A stretch of DNA of 60,837 nucleotides, the filler included. It is 5 parts of 5 records of this genome, joined end to end, with 100 filler letters (N's around TTAATTAATTAA, not from the genome) between each part and the next. Parts side by side here need not be neighbours in the genome. Positions count along the whole stretch, not along the records: positions 1 to 9,402 come from DRR723986_9635; positions 9,503 to 19,549 come from DRR723986_9638; 3 more parts are not named here. One strand, given 5' to 3'. Of this stretch, positions 1 through 10,831 are shown one piece after another. Made by a program: the position numbers and the translations under genes. The number at the start of each line of letters is the position of its first letter. Within the stretch, counting starts at the first letter, position 1. The notes beneath the pieces are model-generated. The model had not been told where the DNA came from, did no database searches, and saw only the letters and a list, made by a program, of their open reading frames with translations.

Positions 1-337
1 GCTGGTCAACACCGGCTGGACCGGCGGTGCATATGGCACCGGGCAGCGCATGCCGATCAAGGCAACCCGCACGCTGCTCACTTCCGCACTGAACGGCAGC
101 CTGAAGGACGCCGAGTTCCGCACCGATGCGAACTTCGGCTTCGATGTGCCGGTTTCCGTCGAAGGTGTCGACGATACGATCCTGACCCCGCGCGAAACCT
201 GGACGGACAAGGATGCCTATGACGTTCAGGCCGCCAAGCTGGTGCAAATGTTCGTCAAGAACTTCGCGACCTTTGAAGCCCATGTCGACGGTGCCGTGCT
301 GAATGCCGCTCCCGCCGTGCGTATGGCTGCCGAATAA
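1..337 (+). CDS. pckA: Phosphoenolpyruvate carboxykinase (ATP), 3' part
   Basis: Frame from nt 2 reads [23 protein letters not shown]...PRETWTD...LVQMFVKNF, the typical PckA C-terminus; truncated by the window start. Confidence 0.95.
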   Translation, partial: LVNTGWTGGAYGTGQRMPIKATRTLLTSALNGSLKDAEFRTDANFGFDVPVSVEGVDDTILTPRETWTDKDAYDVQAAKLVQMFVKNFATFEAHVDGAVLNAAPAVRMAAE

Positions 338-365
338 GCCCGACAATAATACCCCGCAAAACCTG

Positions 366-397
366 AACGGCTCCTCCCCCTCGAGGAGCCGTTTTTT
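366..397 (+). terminator. Intrinsic terminator after pckA
   Basis: AACGGCTCCTC-ccctc-GAGGAGCCGTT followed by a T-run. Confidence 0.8.
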
Positions 398-581
398 CGT
401 GGGTAGACAACGCTCTTGCGCTTCCCGATCACGACGTCCCGCCGGATGGATGATCGTTGAGAACGTCCGCCGTTGGCGCGAGGAGCACAGGGTGATGCTG
501 CGCTTGCTTTCCCTTGCCTGCTCTCTTTCATCAAATTCAGAAAGATCTATATTGAAGGTCCTACCTTGAAGGGGCGACCTC

Positions 582-917
582 ATGACGGCCACAGAGACGA
601 CTTCCATTCCCGACGTTTTGAAGACCGCCGAAAGCTGGCGCGGTGCGGGACGTTCCGTTGCACTGGCGACCGTGGTCGAGACCTGGGGTTCCGCGCCACG
701 TCCGGTCGGGTCCCATCTGGTCATTGATGCCGAAGGCAACTTCGAAGGCTCCGTCTCCGGCGGTTGTGTCGAAGGGGCGGTGGTGTCCGAGGCCATCGAC
801 GTCATCGAGACCGGCAAGCCGACCACGCTGGAATTTGGCGTTGCCGATGAGACAGCCTGGCGTGTCGGCCTTTCCTGCGGCGGCCGCATTCGCGTCTACG
901 TCGAACCCGTCACCTGA
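582..917 (+). CDS. XdhC/CoxI family protein (N-terminal XdhC domain)
   Basis: ATVVETWGSAPRPVGS, GSVSGGCVE and GLSCGGRI motifs. Confidence 0.9.
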   Translation: MTATETTSIPDVLKTAESWRGAGRSVALATVVETWGSAPRPVGSHLVIDAEGNFEGSVSGGCVEGAVVSEAIDVIETGKPTTLEFGVADETAWRVGLSCGGRIRVYVEPVT

Positions 918-934
918 TCCCGGACCTGATTTCG

Positions 935-1561
935 ATGACCACGGAAACCCTGCTTGCCTTCGTCGCCGCTACGGCTCTTTTTGCCTATATGCCTGGCCCG
1001 GCCCTGCTTTATACCGCCGCACAGACGATCGCCCGCGGACAGCGGGCCGGTTTCATGGCTGCCGCGGGTATTCACCTGGGCTGTTATGTGCATGTCTTTG
1101 CCGCAGCCTTTGGCCTGTCGGCGATCTTCAGTGTCGTGCCGACACTCTATTTTGCGCTGAAGCTGGTTGGCGGGCTTTACCTGATCTTTCTCGGCATCCA
1201 GATGATCCGGACCCGCATAGTGGCCGGACCGACACCCAATCTGCCCCAAAAATCCGAAAAGCGAGCCTTTGCAGACAGCGTGCTGGTGGAGGTTCTCAAT
1301 CCCAAGGTCGCCATCTTCTTCATCGCCTTCCTGCCTCAGTTCGTCACCCCTGACGCAAGCCTGCCGATCTGGGCGCAGTTCCTGATCCTGGGAACGTTCG
1401 TCAACTTCGCTTTCACCTCGGCAGATATCGTCACCGTTCTTTTTGCAAGCCAAGTGAAGAAACGGCTGACCAGGACATCGAGATTCCAGAGCCTCACACG
1501 CTGGCTCGGAGGCTCGCTTCTGGTGGGACTTGGACTGAAACTGGCAACGGACCGCGCATAA
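935..1561 (+). CDS. LysE/RhtB family translocator
   Basis: PGPA motif, LNPKVAIFFIAFLPQF, hydrophobic helices. Confidence 0.9.
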   Translation: MTTETLLAFVAATALFAYMPGPALLYTAAQTIARGQRAGFMAAAGIHLGCYVHVFAAAFGLSAIFSVVPTLYFALKLVGGLYLIFLGIQMIRTRIVAGPTPNLPQKSEKRAFADSVLVEVLNPKVAIFFIAFLPQFVTPDASLPIWAQFLILGTFVNFAFTSADIVTVLFASQVKKRLTRTSRFQSLTRWLGGSLLVGLGLKLATDRA

Positions 1562-1564
1562 ACC

Positions 1565-2260
1565 ATGGACTTTTCCCTGCTAAGTGACCTCAACAAGGAC
1601 CGTGCCGCGCGCCGTGCGGCGATCCTGGTGACCGACATGGTGGACGGGCAGCAACGCCTCGTCCGCAAATCCGACGATTTTTCCGGCGATCCCCTGGCTG
1701 AGGAACTTGCAAGGCGTTTCCGCTCAGGGAAATCCGGCATGATCACCGCAGAAAGTGGCGAAGTCTTCCTGAACGTATCCTTGCCTGCGCCGCGCCTGGT
1801 CATCATCGGCGCAGTGCACATCAGCCAGGCGCTTGTTCCGATGGCGGAGATTGCGGGGCTTGATGTGACCGTCATTGATCCGCGCACCGCCTTTGCCACC
1901 GAAGACCGCTTTCCCGGAAGCACACTCAAGGCGGACTGGCCCGAAGAGGTCTTGAAGGATGCGCCCCTTGATGCCTTCACGGCCGTTGCCGCTGTCACTC
2001 ATGATCCGAAGATCGACGACTACCCCCTGATGGAAGCGCTGACGACCGGATGTTTCTATGTCGGGGCGCTCGGCAGCCGCAAGACCCACGGCAAGCGTCT
2101 GGAACGCTTTACCGAAGCCGGCCTGGCACCTGAGCTGTTTGACCGGATCGATGCTCCGATCGGTCTCGATATCGGTGCAGCATCGCCGGAGGAAATTGCG
2201 GTGGCCGTGCTGGGCGCCATCATCAAGGCGTTACGGACGGCTCCGGGAGCTGCCGCATGA
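1565..2260 (+). CDS. XdhC family protein (Rossmann/XdhC_C domain)
   Basis: IIGAVHISQAL, THDPKIDD, YVGALGSRKT, PIGLDIGAASPEEIA. Confidence 0.9.
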   Translation: MDFSLLSDLNKDRAARRAAILVTDMVDGQQRLVRKSDDFSGDPLAEELARRFRSGKSGMITAESGEVFLNVSLPAPRLVIIGAVHISQALVPMAEIAGLDVTVIDPRTAFATEDRFPGSTLKADWPEEVLKDAPLDAFTAVAAVTHDPKIDDYPLMEALTTGCFYVGALGSRKTHGKRLERFTEAGLAPELFDRIDAPIGLDIGAASPEEIAVAVLGAIIKALRTAPGAAA

Positions 2261-3873
2261 TATTCGGCCCTTGTCCGCCGGAAGATGCCGAAGGCTGTAT
2301 TCTCGCGCACCGGACAGCCCTGCCGAAGCGTGTGCTGAAAAAAGGCCGCCGCCTGACGGGACAAGACTGCGCCGAGATTGCCGCCGCCGGTATCGACAGC
2401 CTCATGGTTGCCCGGATAGAACCCGGCGACACCGGAGAGGATGCCGCGGCCGAGCAGCTCGCCACGGCTGCTGCAGGTGCAGGTCTTGAGACCGACACCG
2501 CCTTTACGGGGCGCATGAACCTCTATGCCGCCACCAACGGCGTTCTGGTGGTCGATGCGGATGCGGTTACCGCGGCCAACCGGATTGATCCGGCCATCAC
2601 CTTCGCGACGCTGCCGAACTACAGCAAGGTTCTGGCCGGCCGTATGGTTGCAACCGCGAAGATCATTTCCTTTGCCGTTCCAGAAGAACAACTGGGAGCC
2701 GCCGCAAAGGCTCTGAGAGGCGCAGTCCACGTTGCCGGCTTCAGTCCGCGCAAGGTTGGCCTTGTCGCAACGCAACTGCCGCATCTCAAGCCTTCGACCA
2801 TGGACAAGACCCGCCGCGTGCTGGAAGACAGGCTGTTGCCGAGCGGATCAACCGTCCTGAACGAGCACAGGGTCGCCCACAGCAGGGAGGCCGTTGCCGA
2901 AGCCTTGCGCTCGCTGAAGGAAGAAGGCGCTGATTTTCTGATCCTGTTCGGGGCTTCTGCCGTTGTCGACAGGCAGGACGTGCTGCCTGCGGGTCTGGAT
3001 CTCGCCGGCGGGACAGTGCACCACCTGGGCATGCCGGTGGATCCCGGCAACCTGCTGATGCTCGGAAGTCTCGACGGCATTCCCGTGCTGGGCGCACCGG
3101 GCTGCGCCCGAAGCCCGAAGGAGAACGGTTTCGACTGGGTTCTGGACCGCCTGCTTGCCGGACTGGAAGTTCACCCTGACGACATTACCGCGATGGGTGT
3201 TGGAGGCCTTTTGATGGAAATCGGGACACGGCCGCAGCCTCGCGAAGGCAAACGCAAGGGCGAAGCTGCCAGGATCGCGGCGCTGATCCTTGGCGCAGGC
3301 AAGTCGTCCCGCATGGGCGGTCCGAACAAGCTGCTTGCGACGCTGGACGGCAAGACCCTGATCCGGCATGCCGCGGAAGCTGCCGCCGGCGCCGGTCTGT
3401 CACAGACCGTTCTGGTAACCGGGCATCTGGCTGAAGAAGTCGGCGCACAGGTCGAAGATCTGGACGTTACGCTGGTGCACAACCCGGATTTTGCAGACGG
3501 CATGGCCGGGTCTATCCGCACCGGTATGAATGCTCTCGCCGCAGATACCGATGCGGTGATCGTTCTTCTGGGCGACATGCCACGCATCGGCAGCGATGTT
3601 CTGAAGAGGCTGATCGGCACTTACCGCGAAAACGACAACAGTCTGATCGTCACCGCAACAGCGGATGGGAAACGGGGCAATCCGGTCTTGTGGGACCGAC
3701 GCTTTTTCGAAGCCCTGAAATCCTTGAGCGGCGACGTTGGAGCGCGCCACATCATTGGCGAAAACCCCGGGTTCGTGGCCGAAGTCGAGATCGGATCCGC
3801 AGCAAGACTGGATCTTGATACACCCGATGCGCTTCGGCAGGCTGGAGGCAAGTTGCCTGAGCCAAAAGGCTAA
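2257..3873 (+). CDS. Molybdopterin-binding domain fused to MocA-like molybdenum cofactor cytidylyltransferase
   Basis: N-terminal MoeA-like region (GMPVDPGNLL, PGCARSPKENGFDWVL); C-terminal LGAGKSSRMGGPNKLL, LGDMP, GNPVLW, GDVGAR; ATGA overlap with the upstream gene. Confidence 0.88.
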   Translation: MIFGPCPPEDAEGCILAHRTALPKRVLKKGRRLTGQDCAEIAAAGIDSLMVARIEPGDTGEDAAAEQLATAAAGAGLETDTAFTGRMNLYAATNGVLVVDADAVTAANRIDPAITFATLPNYSKVLAGRMVATAKIISFAVPEEQLGAAAKALRGAVHVAGFSPRKVGLVATQLPHLKPSTMDKTRRVLEDRLLPSGSTVLNEHRVAHSREAVAEALRSLKEEGADFLILFGASAVVDRQDVLPAGLDLAGGTVHHLGMPVDPGNLLMLGSLDGIPVLGAPGCARSPKENGFDWVLDRLLAGLEVHPDDITAMGVGGLLMEIGTRPQPREGKRKGEAARIAALILGAGKSSRMGGPNKLLATLDGKTLIRHAAEAAAGAGLSQTVLVTGHLAEEVGAQVEDLDVTLVHNPDFADGMAGSIRTGMNALAADTDAVIVLLGDMPRIGSDVLKRLIGTYRENDNSLIVTATADGKRGNPVLWDRRFFEALKSLSGDVGARHIIGENPGFVAEVEIGSAARLDLDTPDALRQAGGKLPEPKG

Positions 3874-4164
3874 ACCTTTGGCCTGGTAAAGTAAGCCGAA
3901 GCAATAAAGCCAAACGATAACATTACATTAACCCGGTATGCACTGAGTGCAGGCCGGAATTGCCAGCTATTCTATTGCAATTTTGTGACATGCCGCTTAT
4001 GTAATGCCTGCGCTTGCTGAAGGGCACCCAATTGGGTTGGACAACGGATGACGTCCCGGGCGCCGCTTACATCCGATTCCTGTCGAAAGCTGTTCGGATC
4101 CTCCCTCCCGAGGATGCTCGAGCGCTTTTGTCGCTTGGTTAAAAGAAGAACGAAGGAAAACGTC

Positions 4165-4371
4165 ATGGCTGACTTGTCTCTCCCGCGCCCGGGCTGCTGC
4201 AAATGGGCAGAAGGTGATTCTGGTAACTACATCTTCCCGTGCAGCACGCGCGTCGAAGCAGGTGTCTCCTATTGCACCGAACATAGCGCCATCGTCTACA
4301 TCCCGCCGGAAGAGCGCCGCCGCAACCGTTCCGGTGGTGGCATGAGCCTGTCCTTCCGCCGCGCGGCATAA
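4165..4371 (+). CDS. Small GcrA-like protein (C-terminal Cys/His domain only), 68 aa
   Basis: AAGGA SD before ATG 4165; CCKWAEG...FPC...GVSYCTEHSAIVY resembles the GcrA C-terminal CxWPxG..FC..G.PYC..H...AY pattern. Confidence 0.65.
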   Translation: MADLSLPRPGCCKWAEGDSGNYIFPCSTRVEAGVSYCTEHSAIVYIPPEERRRNRSGGGMSLSFRRAA

Positions 4372-4427
4372 GAATACAAGCTGCTTGAACTAAAAAAGCA
4401 GACATACCGTGGAACACCACGTACCTC

Positions 4428-4458
4428 GAAACCCGGCCCCCAGGCCGGGTTTTTTATT
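4428..4458 (+). terminator. Intrinsic terminator
   Basis: AAACCCGGCC-ccca-GGCCGGGTTT followed by TTTATT. Confidence 0.8.
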
Positions 4459-4767
4459 GCCCGGATTTTCCCGTGCTGGATTTCAAGTCTGCAAGGCCGG
4501 ACAAAAGGCATCTCAACATCGAGCAACCTCTGGGTGAACAGAAGATTTCATGCGATTTTTTCGATCTAAGCAAATATTCTTACCGAATATTACCTAGAGG
4601 CGATTCTTCGTTAAAATACAATCACCCTCACCGCGCAAAACAACCCTGCCTTTATGGACAATTTAATTCAATCTCGCAAAGTTAATACTTTGTTTTAGTT
4701 CTATACCTAAGAGTAAACAAACTAAAACCGAGATAGTGACGCGTTCGGCAGAGAGGCACAGTGCATC

Positions 4768-7700
4768 ATGACCCCTGTGCAGGGAGACAGCGAACAGGAC
4801 CGCCTGGACGCACTGGCGACCCTTCAGATTCTCAATTCTGAACGCCTGCCGGAATATGACGATCTCGTGGAGACCCTTGCCACGATCTTCGATGCCCCGA
4901 TGGCCTTAATTTCCATCGTCGGAAAGGATGACCTCTGGTTCAAGGCCAAGATCGGCATAGACGTCGACGGCACTCCAAGAAAAGGCACTTTTTGCGATCA
5001 GGCGATCCTCTCGCGTGAGTTGATGGTCGTTCCTAACGCCCTTGAAGACCCCCGCTTCCGCGATACGAGCCTCGTTGCCGGTCCACCCTACACACGCTTT
5101 TATGCAGGCTTGCCGTTGTGCCTGGATGGCACGCACATCCTTGGGACACTCTGCGTCGTCGACACCAAACCACGGCAGCCAAGCGAAACACAGCTCCGCC
5201 AACTGCAGCGTATGGGATCGATCGTCCTCGGTCTGATGAAGTCTCATCGCGCCCAGAGTGATACGCAATCTGCCCTTCGGGCGGCCGAAGAACAGCAACG
5301 GCTTGCGATGCGCAAGAGCGATCTGCTGGAAGAGATCACGGCCGTTTCCGGTGTTGGCGGCTGGGAAGTGGATATTGATACCGACACGGTAACCTGGACG
5401 GAAAAAACCTGCGAAATCCATGAAGTGGATGACGACTTCGTTCCAACTGTCGATATGGCGCTTTCCTTCTACGCACCGGATTGCCGTCGCCAGATCTCGG
5501 ATGCCGTCATCAAAAGTGTCAAGGAAGGCGTTGCCTGGGATCTTGAACTCCCGTTCGTGACCGCCAAGGGGCGTGAGATCTGGGTTCGCACCGCGGGCAG
5601 GCCCATCATCGAAGATGGTCGCGCGACCCGTTTGATCGGTGCCTTCCAGGACATTACCGAACGCAAGCAATCCGAACAGGCCGTGCTTCATTCCGAAGCG
5701 GTCCATCGCACCACCCTGGAATCCCTGAGCGAAGGGATTCTCCTCGTCAACAGAGCCGGACAGATCCAGTCCTTCAATCCTGCAGCAGCTGCATTGCTCG
5801 GCTACACCGTCGGGGAAATGAAAGGTCAAAAGCTTCAGGATCTCGACCTCGATATCGAATGCGAAGAAGACGGCCACGTTTCCGGCTGCAATCCCCTGCA
5901 ACAGGCTGCGGTCAATCCGGACAAGGTTTGTAACGTCGTTGCAAACGTGACCCGCCGCGGGACCGATCAGTCTGTCTGGCTGCGGCTGAATGCGAAATCG
6001 ATTGGCGACGACAATGCGTATGGCCTCGACGGCGTTGTCCTTTCCCTGACCGACGTCACCGCGACCAAGCGGCAGCTCATCGCTCTGCAAGCCATTTTCG
6101 ACAACCTGCCGGGTGGCCTCGTCTATTATGACCCCGACAGACGGCTTGCGGTCTGCAACAAGGATTTTCAGCGCCTTCTGCAATTGCCGCAGGAATTTAT
6201 TGATCGCAAGGCGCCGTTGCTGGAGGTGGCGACATATCTGGCGAAGCGGGGAGACTACGGTCCGGGAGACCCGGACAAGCTTCTGGAAGAACGGTTCAGG
6301 TATTTCAATGATCCCAAACCGCATATTTACGAGCGCGTCAGCCCCGATGGGACACATCTGGAAGTCCGTGGTATCCCTCTGCCGAGCGGCGGCCTTATCA
6401 CCAGTTTCTTTGATATTTCGGAGCGCAAACGGGCAGAGAACATCTTACGGTATTCCGAGGCCGTCCAAAGGACAACGCTCGAGTCTCTCAGCGAAGGTAT
6501 TCTTCTGCTGACACATACCGGCGAGATCCAGTCAGCCAATCCTGCTGCGATCGACCTGCTGGGCGTGACCGGCAGGGAGCTGGTCGGGTTGAACGTAACC
6601 GACATTGATTTTGGCCTTCGCTGTGATCTTGAAGGCAAGGGTCCGTGCGATGCACCGCTGGAGCTTGCTGCCCGTGACCCGGGATCACTGAGGGACGTCA
6701 TCGCCCGTCTCTCCCCCACCAACGGGCGCCCGAGGAAGTGGCTTCGCCTGAGCGCCATGCCAATCGACGACGATCAGGAGTTCGATCTTGACGGTGTCGT
6801 CGTCTCCCTGACGGACATTACCGAGACCAAGCAGCAGGCCGACACGCTGCAAAGCATTTTCGACAACTTTCCGGGTGGGATCGTTCACTACGATGAAACG
6901 CTCCGGCTCGCTTCGAGCAATCAGCAGTTCCGCGACCTTCTCGAATATTCTGATGAGTTGATTGAAGGGCGGCCTTATCTTTACGACTTCTTTCTCTTCA
7001 ACGCTCGAAGAGGTGACTATGGCCCTGGAGACCCAGAGGCTCTCGCTCTGGAGCGGTATCGGAAGTACGACCTGAAAAAATCGCAGGTGTTCGAACGGCG
7101 CGCCGCGAACGGCACCTACATCGAAACCCGGAGCACGCCACTACCGTCAGGTGGTCTGATCCATAATTTTTACGACATCACCGACCGCAAGAACCTGGAA
7201 GAACAACTTGCTGCGAACGAACGGCTGGCACGGCATCGCTCGCAGGAACTCGAAGCCATTCTCGCCAATATGCGCCAGGGTGTCAGCGTCTTCGACGCGC
7301 GTGGCCGCCTGTCGTTGTGGAACAAGCAGTACCTGGAAATCTTCAATAAACCCGAAGCGGACGTTTACGAGGGTGTCAGCCTGATTGAGTTGATCCAGGC
7401 CGAGAAGGAACGCGGCGAATTCGAAGGCGACGTACAGGAACACGTCATGGATCTGATGATCCGTCTTTCGGCAGGCGAAGTGGTCCGTTCCAAGTTCAAA
7501 CATCCCAACGGCAGGATTGTCAGCGCGGTCCATGCACCCTTGCCAGCGGGCGGCTGGATCGGCACACATGAAGACGTCACATCCCGTGAACTGGCGGCTG
7601 AAAAGATCCAGTTTGCCGCCCACCATGACACCCTGACCGGTTTGGCGAACCGAACGCTTTTCAATGCAAAGCTGGACGAAGCCCTGAATGCGGCTTCGGC

Positions 7701-8142
7701 CAATGGCATCGCCGGCGACCTGATGCTGCTTGATCTCGACAAGTTCAAACCGGTGAATGACAGCTTCGGTCATGACGTCGGTGATGAACTTCTTAAAACA
7801 GTCGCACAGCGACTGCGCGAGTGTGTCCGGTCCTCAGATCTGGTCGCTCGTCTCGGCGGCGACGAATTCGGGATTATCCTGACCGGCACCGGTTCCGGCA
7901 ATGCCAGTACGGCCGAGATCGCCGATCGTATCGTCCGCAAGATCGGGGCACCGTTCGCTGTCCAGGATCACATTATTTCGGTTGGCGTCAGCGTCGGAAT
8001 TTCCCCGATAACGGGCACGGAACTGGATCCTCGTCCAGTGATAAAGCGCGCTGATATGGCGCTTTACGACGTCAAGCATAACGGGCGTAACGGGTTCAAG
8101 TTCTTCGAAGAAGAGGATGCCGCGCGGTTTGCTCGCGCCTGA
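4768..8142 (+). CDS. Diguanylate cyclase with GAF and multiple PAS domains
   Basis: N-terminal GAF (RFYAGLPL, GTLCVVDTKPR), several PAS/PAS_7 blocks, C-terminal DLDKFKPVNDSFGHDVGD and RLGGDEF; no EAL domain. Confidence 0.93.
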   Translation: MTPVQGDSEQDRLDALATLQILNSERLPEYDDLVETLATIFDAPMALISIVGKDDLWFKAKIGIDVDGTPRKGTFCDQAILSRELMVVPNALEDPRFRDTSLVAGPPYTRFYAGLPLCLDGTHILGTLCVVDTKPRQPSETQLRQLQRMGSIVLGLMKSHRAQSDTQSALRAAEEQQRLAMRKSDLLEEITAVSGVGGWEVDIDTDTVTWTEKTCEIHEVDDDFVPTVDMALSFYAPDCRRQISDAVIKSVKEGVAWDLELPFVTAKGREIWVRTAGRPIIEDGRATRLIGAFQDITERKQSEQAVLHSEAVHRTTLESLSEGILLVNRAGQIQSFNPAAAALLGYTVGEMKGQKLQDLDLDIECEEDGHVSGCNPLQQAAVNPDKVCNVVANVTRRGTDQSVWLRLNAKSIGDDNAYGLDGVVLSLTDVTATKRQLIALQAIFDNLPGGLVYYDPDRRLAVCNKDFQRLLQLPQEFIDRKAPLLEVATYLAKRGDYGPGDPDKLLEERFRYFNDPKPHIYERVSPDGTHLEVRGIPLPSGGLITSFFDISERKRAENILRYSEAVQRTTLESLSEGILLLTHTGEIQSANPAAIDLLGVTGRELVGLNVTDIDFGLRCDLEGKGPCDAPLELAARDPGSLRDVIARLSPTNGRPRKWLRLSAMPIDDDQEFDLDGVVVSLTDITETKQQADTLQSIFDNFPGGIVHYDETLRLASSNQQFRDLLEYSDELIEGRPYLYDFFLFNARRGDYGPGDPEALALERYRKYDLKKSQVFERRAANGTYIETRSTPLPSGGLIHNFYDITDRKNLEEQLAANERLARHRSQELEAILANMRQGVSVFDARGRLSLWNKQYLEIFNKPEADVYEGVSLIELIQAEKERGEFEGDVQEHVMDLMIRLSAGEVVRSKFKHPNGRIVSAVHAPLPAGGWIGTHEDVTSRELAAEKIQFAAHHDTLTGLANRTLFNAKLDEALNAASANGIAGDLMLLDLDKFKPVNDSFGHDVGDELLKTVAQRLRECVRSSDLVARLGGDEFGIILTGTGSGNASTAEIADRIVRKIGAPFAVQDHIISVGVSVGISPITGTELDPRPVIKRADMALYDVKHNGRNGFKFFEEEDAARFARA

Positions 8143-8302
8143 CGTCCGGCTTTCTGCTCGAGTGTCGAAAGTTTGAGAGGTAGCCTGCCAGGCACGTCGG
8201 AACCGTGCCTCTTTGCATACTTGACCGATCGCTTCTCCCAAAAAGCAAAAAACGCGGCCCGTTGCCGGACCGCGTCATTGAATGAAGCTTGAGGGGGTCG
8301 TA

Positions 8303-8713
8303 TCAGGCCTTGGTGAGGGCTTCTGCGACGTCCTTGAGCTGAGCCAGTGTCATTTCGGCTTTCTGCCGCGAGGCATCGTCCTTGGCGTCGGAAACATCTT
8401 CCTGCGCATCCTGGATTGCCTGGTCGAGCTGCTCACGGCTGATCTCGCCAACCGGAACGGCCTGTTCGGCCAGAACGGTGAGACCGCCTGCTGCAACATC
8501 GGCAAAACCACCGCGGACGAAATATTCGTCCCAGCCACCATTTTCGCTGCTGCGCACCTTCAGGATGCCCGGCAGGATGGTGGAGATGAACGGGGCATGG
8601 TTCTTCAGAACGCCAAACTCGCCTTCGGCGCCCGGTACAACGACCTCTGCGACCTGTTCGGAGAGGAGCTGGCGCTCCGGCGAGACCAACTCAAACTGGA
8701 AAAGTTCAGCCAT
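8303..8713 (-). CDS. atpC: F0F1 ATP synthase subunit epsilon
   Basis: FELVSPER, PGAEGEFGVLKNHAP, VRGGFADV; directly downstream of atpD. Confidence 0.96.
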   Translation of the reverse strand: MAELFQFELVSPERQLLSEQVAEVVVPGAEGEFGVLKNHAPFISTILPGILKVRSSENGGWDEYFVRGGFADVAAGGLTVLAEQAVPVGEISREQLDQAIQDAQEDVSDAKDDASRQKAEMTLAQLKDVAEALTKA

Positions 8714-8770
8714 TTGGCGTCTTCCTTGTCAGTCTAATTCTGATGGCAAGCCATCAAGCATGAAGAAGAC

Positions 8771-8792
8771 GGACGCCCGATAACGGGCGTCC
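8771..8792 (-). terminator. Hairpin between atpD and atpC
   Basis: GGACGCCCG-ataa-CGGGCGTCC inverted repeat. Confidence 0.5.
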
Positions 8793-8806
8793 GGTCAATT
8801 CGCCGA

Positions 8807-9402
<596 letters not shown>

Positions 9403-9502
9403 NNNNNNNNNNNNNNNNNNNNNNNNNNNNNNNNNNNNNNNNNNNNTTAATTAATTAANNNNNNNNNNNNNNNNNNNNNNNNNNNNNNNNNNNNNNNNNN
9501 NN
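9403..9502. other. Artificial contig linker
   Basis: N-run containing TTAATTAATTAA (stops in all frames); 100 nt. Confidence 0.99.
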
Positions 9503-10830
9503 TGCCCGGCATGTTGCCCGTGATCAACGAATACTGTGTTGAGCAAGCGGTCCGCACAGGATTGGGTCTGAAGGCCGAAATCAACCTGAATTCCGCCTTT
9601 GACCGCAAGAACTATTTCTACCCAGATTTGCCGCAAGGCTATCAAATCTCACAACTTTATCATCCCATCGTAGGCGAAGGTGAAGTGTTGGTTGAGATGG
9701 GCGATGGCACCGCGCGTCTGGTGGGTGTGGAGCGTATTCACATGGAACAGGACGCTGGTAAGTCGATTCACGACATGGATCCGAACATGTCTTTCGTGGA
9801 CCTGAACCGGACCGGTGTGTGCTTGATGGAGATCGTTTCGCGCCCGGATATTCGCGGCCCTGAAGAAGCGGCGGCTTATATCGCGAAGATCCGTCAGATC
9901 CTGCGTTACCTCGGGACCTGTGATGGCAACATGCAGAACGGCAACTTGCGCGCGGACGTGAACGTGTCGATCTGTCGACCCGGTCAGTACGAGAAGTATC
10001 AGGAAGCAAACGATTTTTCCCATCTGGGAACCCGTTGCGAAATCAAGAACATGAACTCGATGCGGTTCATTCAGCAGGCGATCGACGTCGAAGCACGTCG
10101 TCAGATTGCGATTGTTGAGGGTGGCGGAACTGTGGATCAGGAGACCCGCCTGTACGATCCGGACAAGGGTGAAACGCGGTCAATGCGGTCCAAAGAAGAA
10201 GCGCATGATTACCGCTATTTCCCTGATCCTGATCTGTTGCCTTTGGAGATTGAACAGGCGTGGGTTGATGACATTGCGGCCAGCCTGCCCGAGCTGCCAG
10301 ATGCCAAAAAAGCGCGTTTTATCAACGACTTCAAGCTGAGCGACTATGACGCGTCGGTGCTGACGGCGGATGTGGAATCTGCGGATTATTTCGAAGCTGT
10401 GGCCAAAGGGCGCGACGGGAAACTGGCGGCGAACTGGGTCATTAACGAGCTGTTTGGCCGTCTGAAAAAAGAAGATCACGATATCACAGACAGCCCGGTT
10501 TCCCCGGCACAGTTGGGTGGCATTATTGAGCTGATTTCTGCGGATACAATCTCGGGCAAAATCGCCAAGGATCTGTTTGAAATCGTCTATACCGAAGGCG
10601 GCGATCCTGCTGATATCGTTGAGAAACGTGGCATGAAGCAGGTCACGGACACTGGCGCGATTGAGGCGGCTCTGGACGAGATCATCGCGGCCAATCCGGC
10701 GCAGGTCGAAAAAGCCAAAGAGAACCCAAAACTGGCCGGTTGGTTCGTCGGTCAGGTGATGAAAGCCACCGGTGGCAAGGCCAATCCAAAGGCCGTCAAC
10801 CAGTTGGTTGCGCAGAAACTGGCGCAGTAA
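9503..10830 (+). CDS. gatB: Asp-tRNA(Asn)/Glu-tRNA(Gln) amidotransferase subunit B, 5'-truncated
   Basis: [43 protein letters not shown]. Confidence 0.98.
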
Positions 10831-10831
10831 A

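Noticed and set aside
4692-4728. Inverted repeat GTTTTAGTT-N19-AACTAAAAC upstream of the diguanylate cyclase
   Set aside because: Short and in an AT-rich tract; cannot be distinguished from chance
4906-6357. Long antisense ORF (483 aa) and similar shadow ORFs such as 8282-8737, 14004-14834, 22438-23190 and 43878-44294
   Set aside because: They overlap well-supported genes on the opposite strand, have no recognisable motifs, and are expected in GC-rich coding DNA
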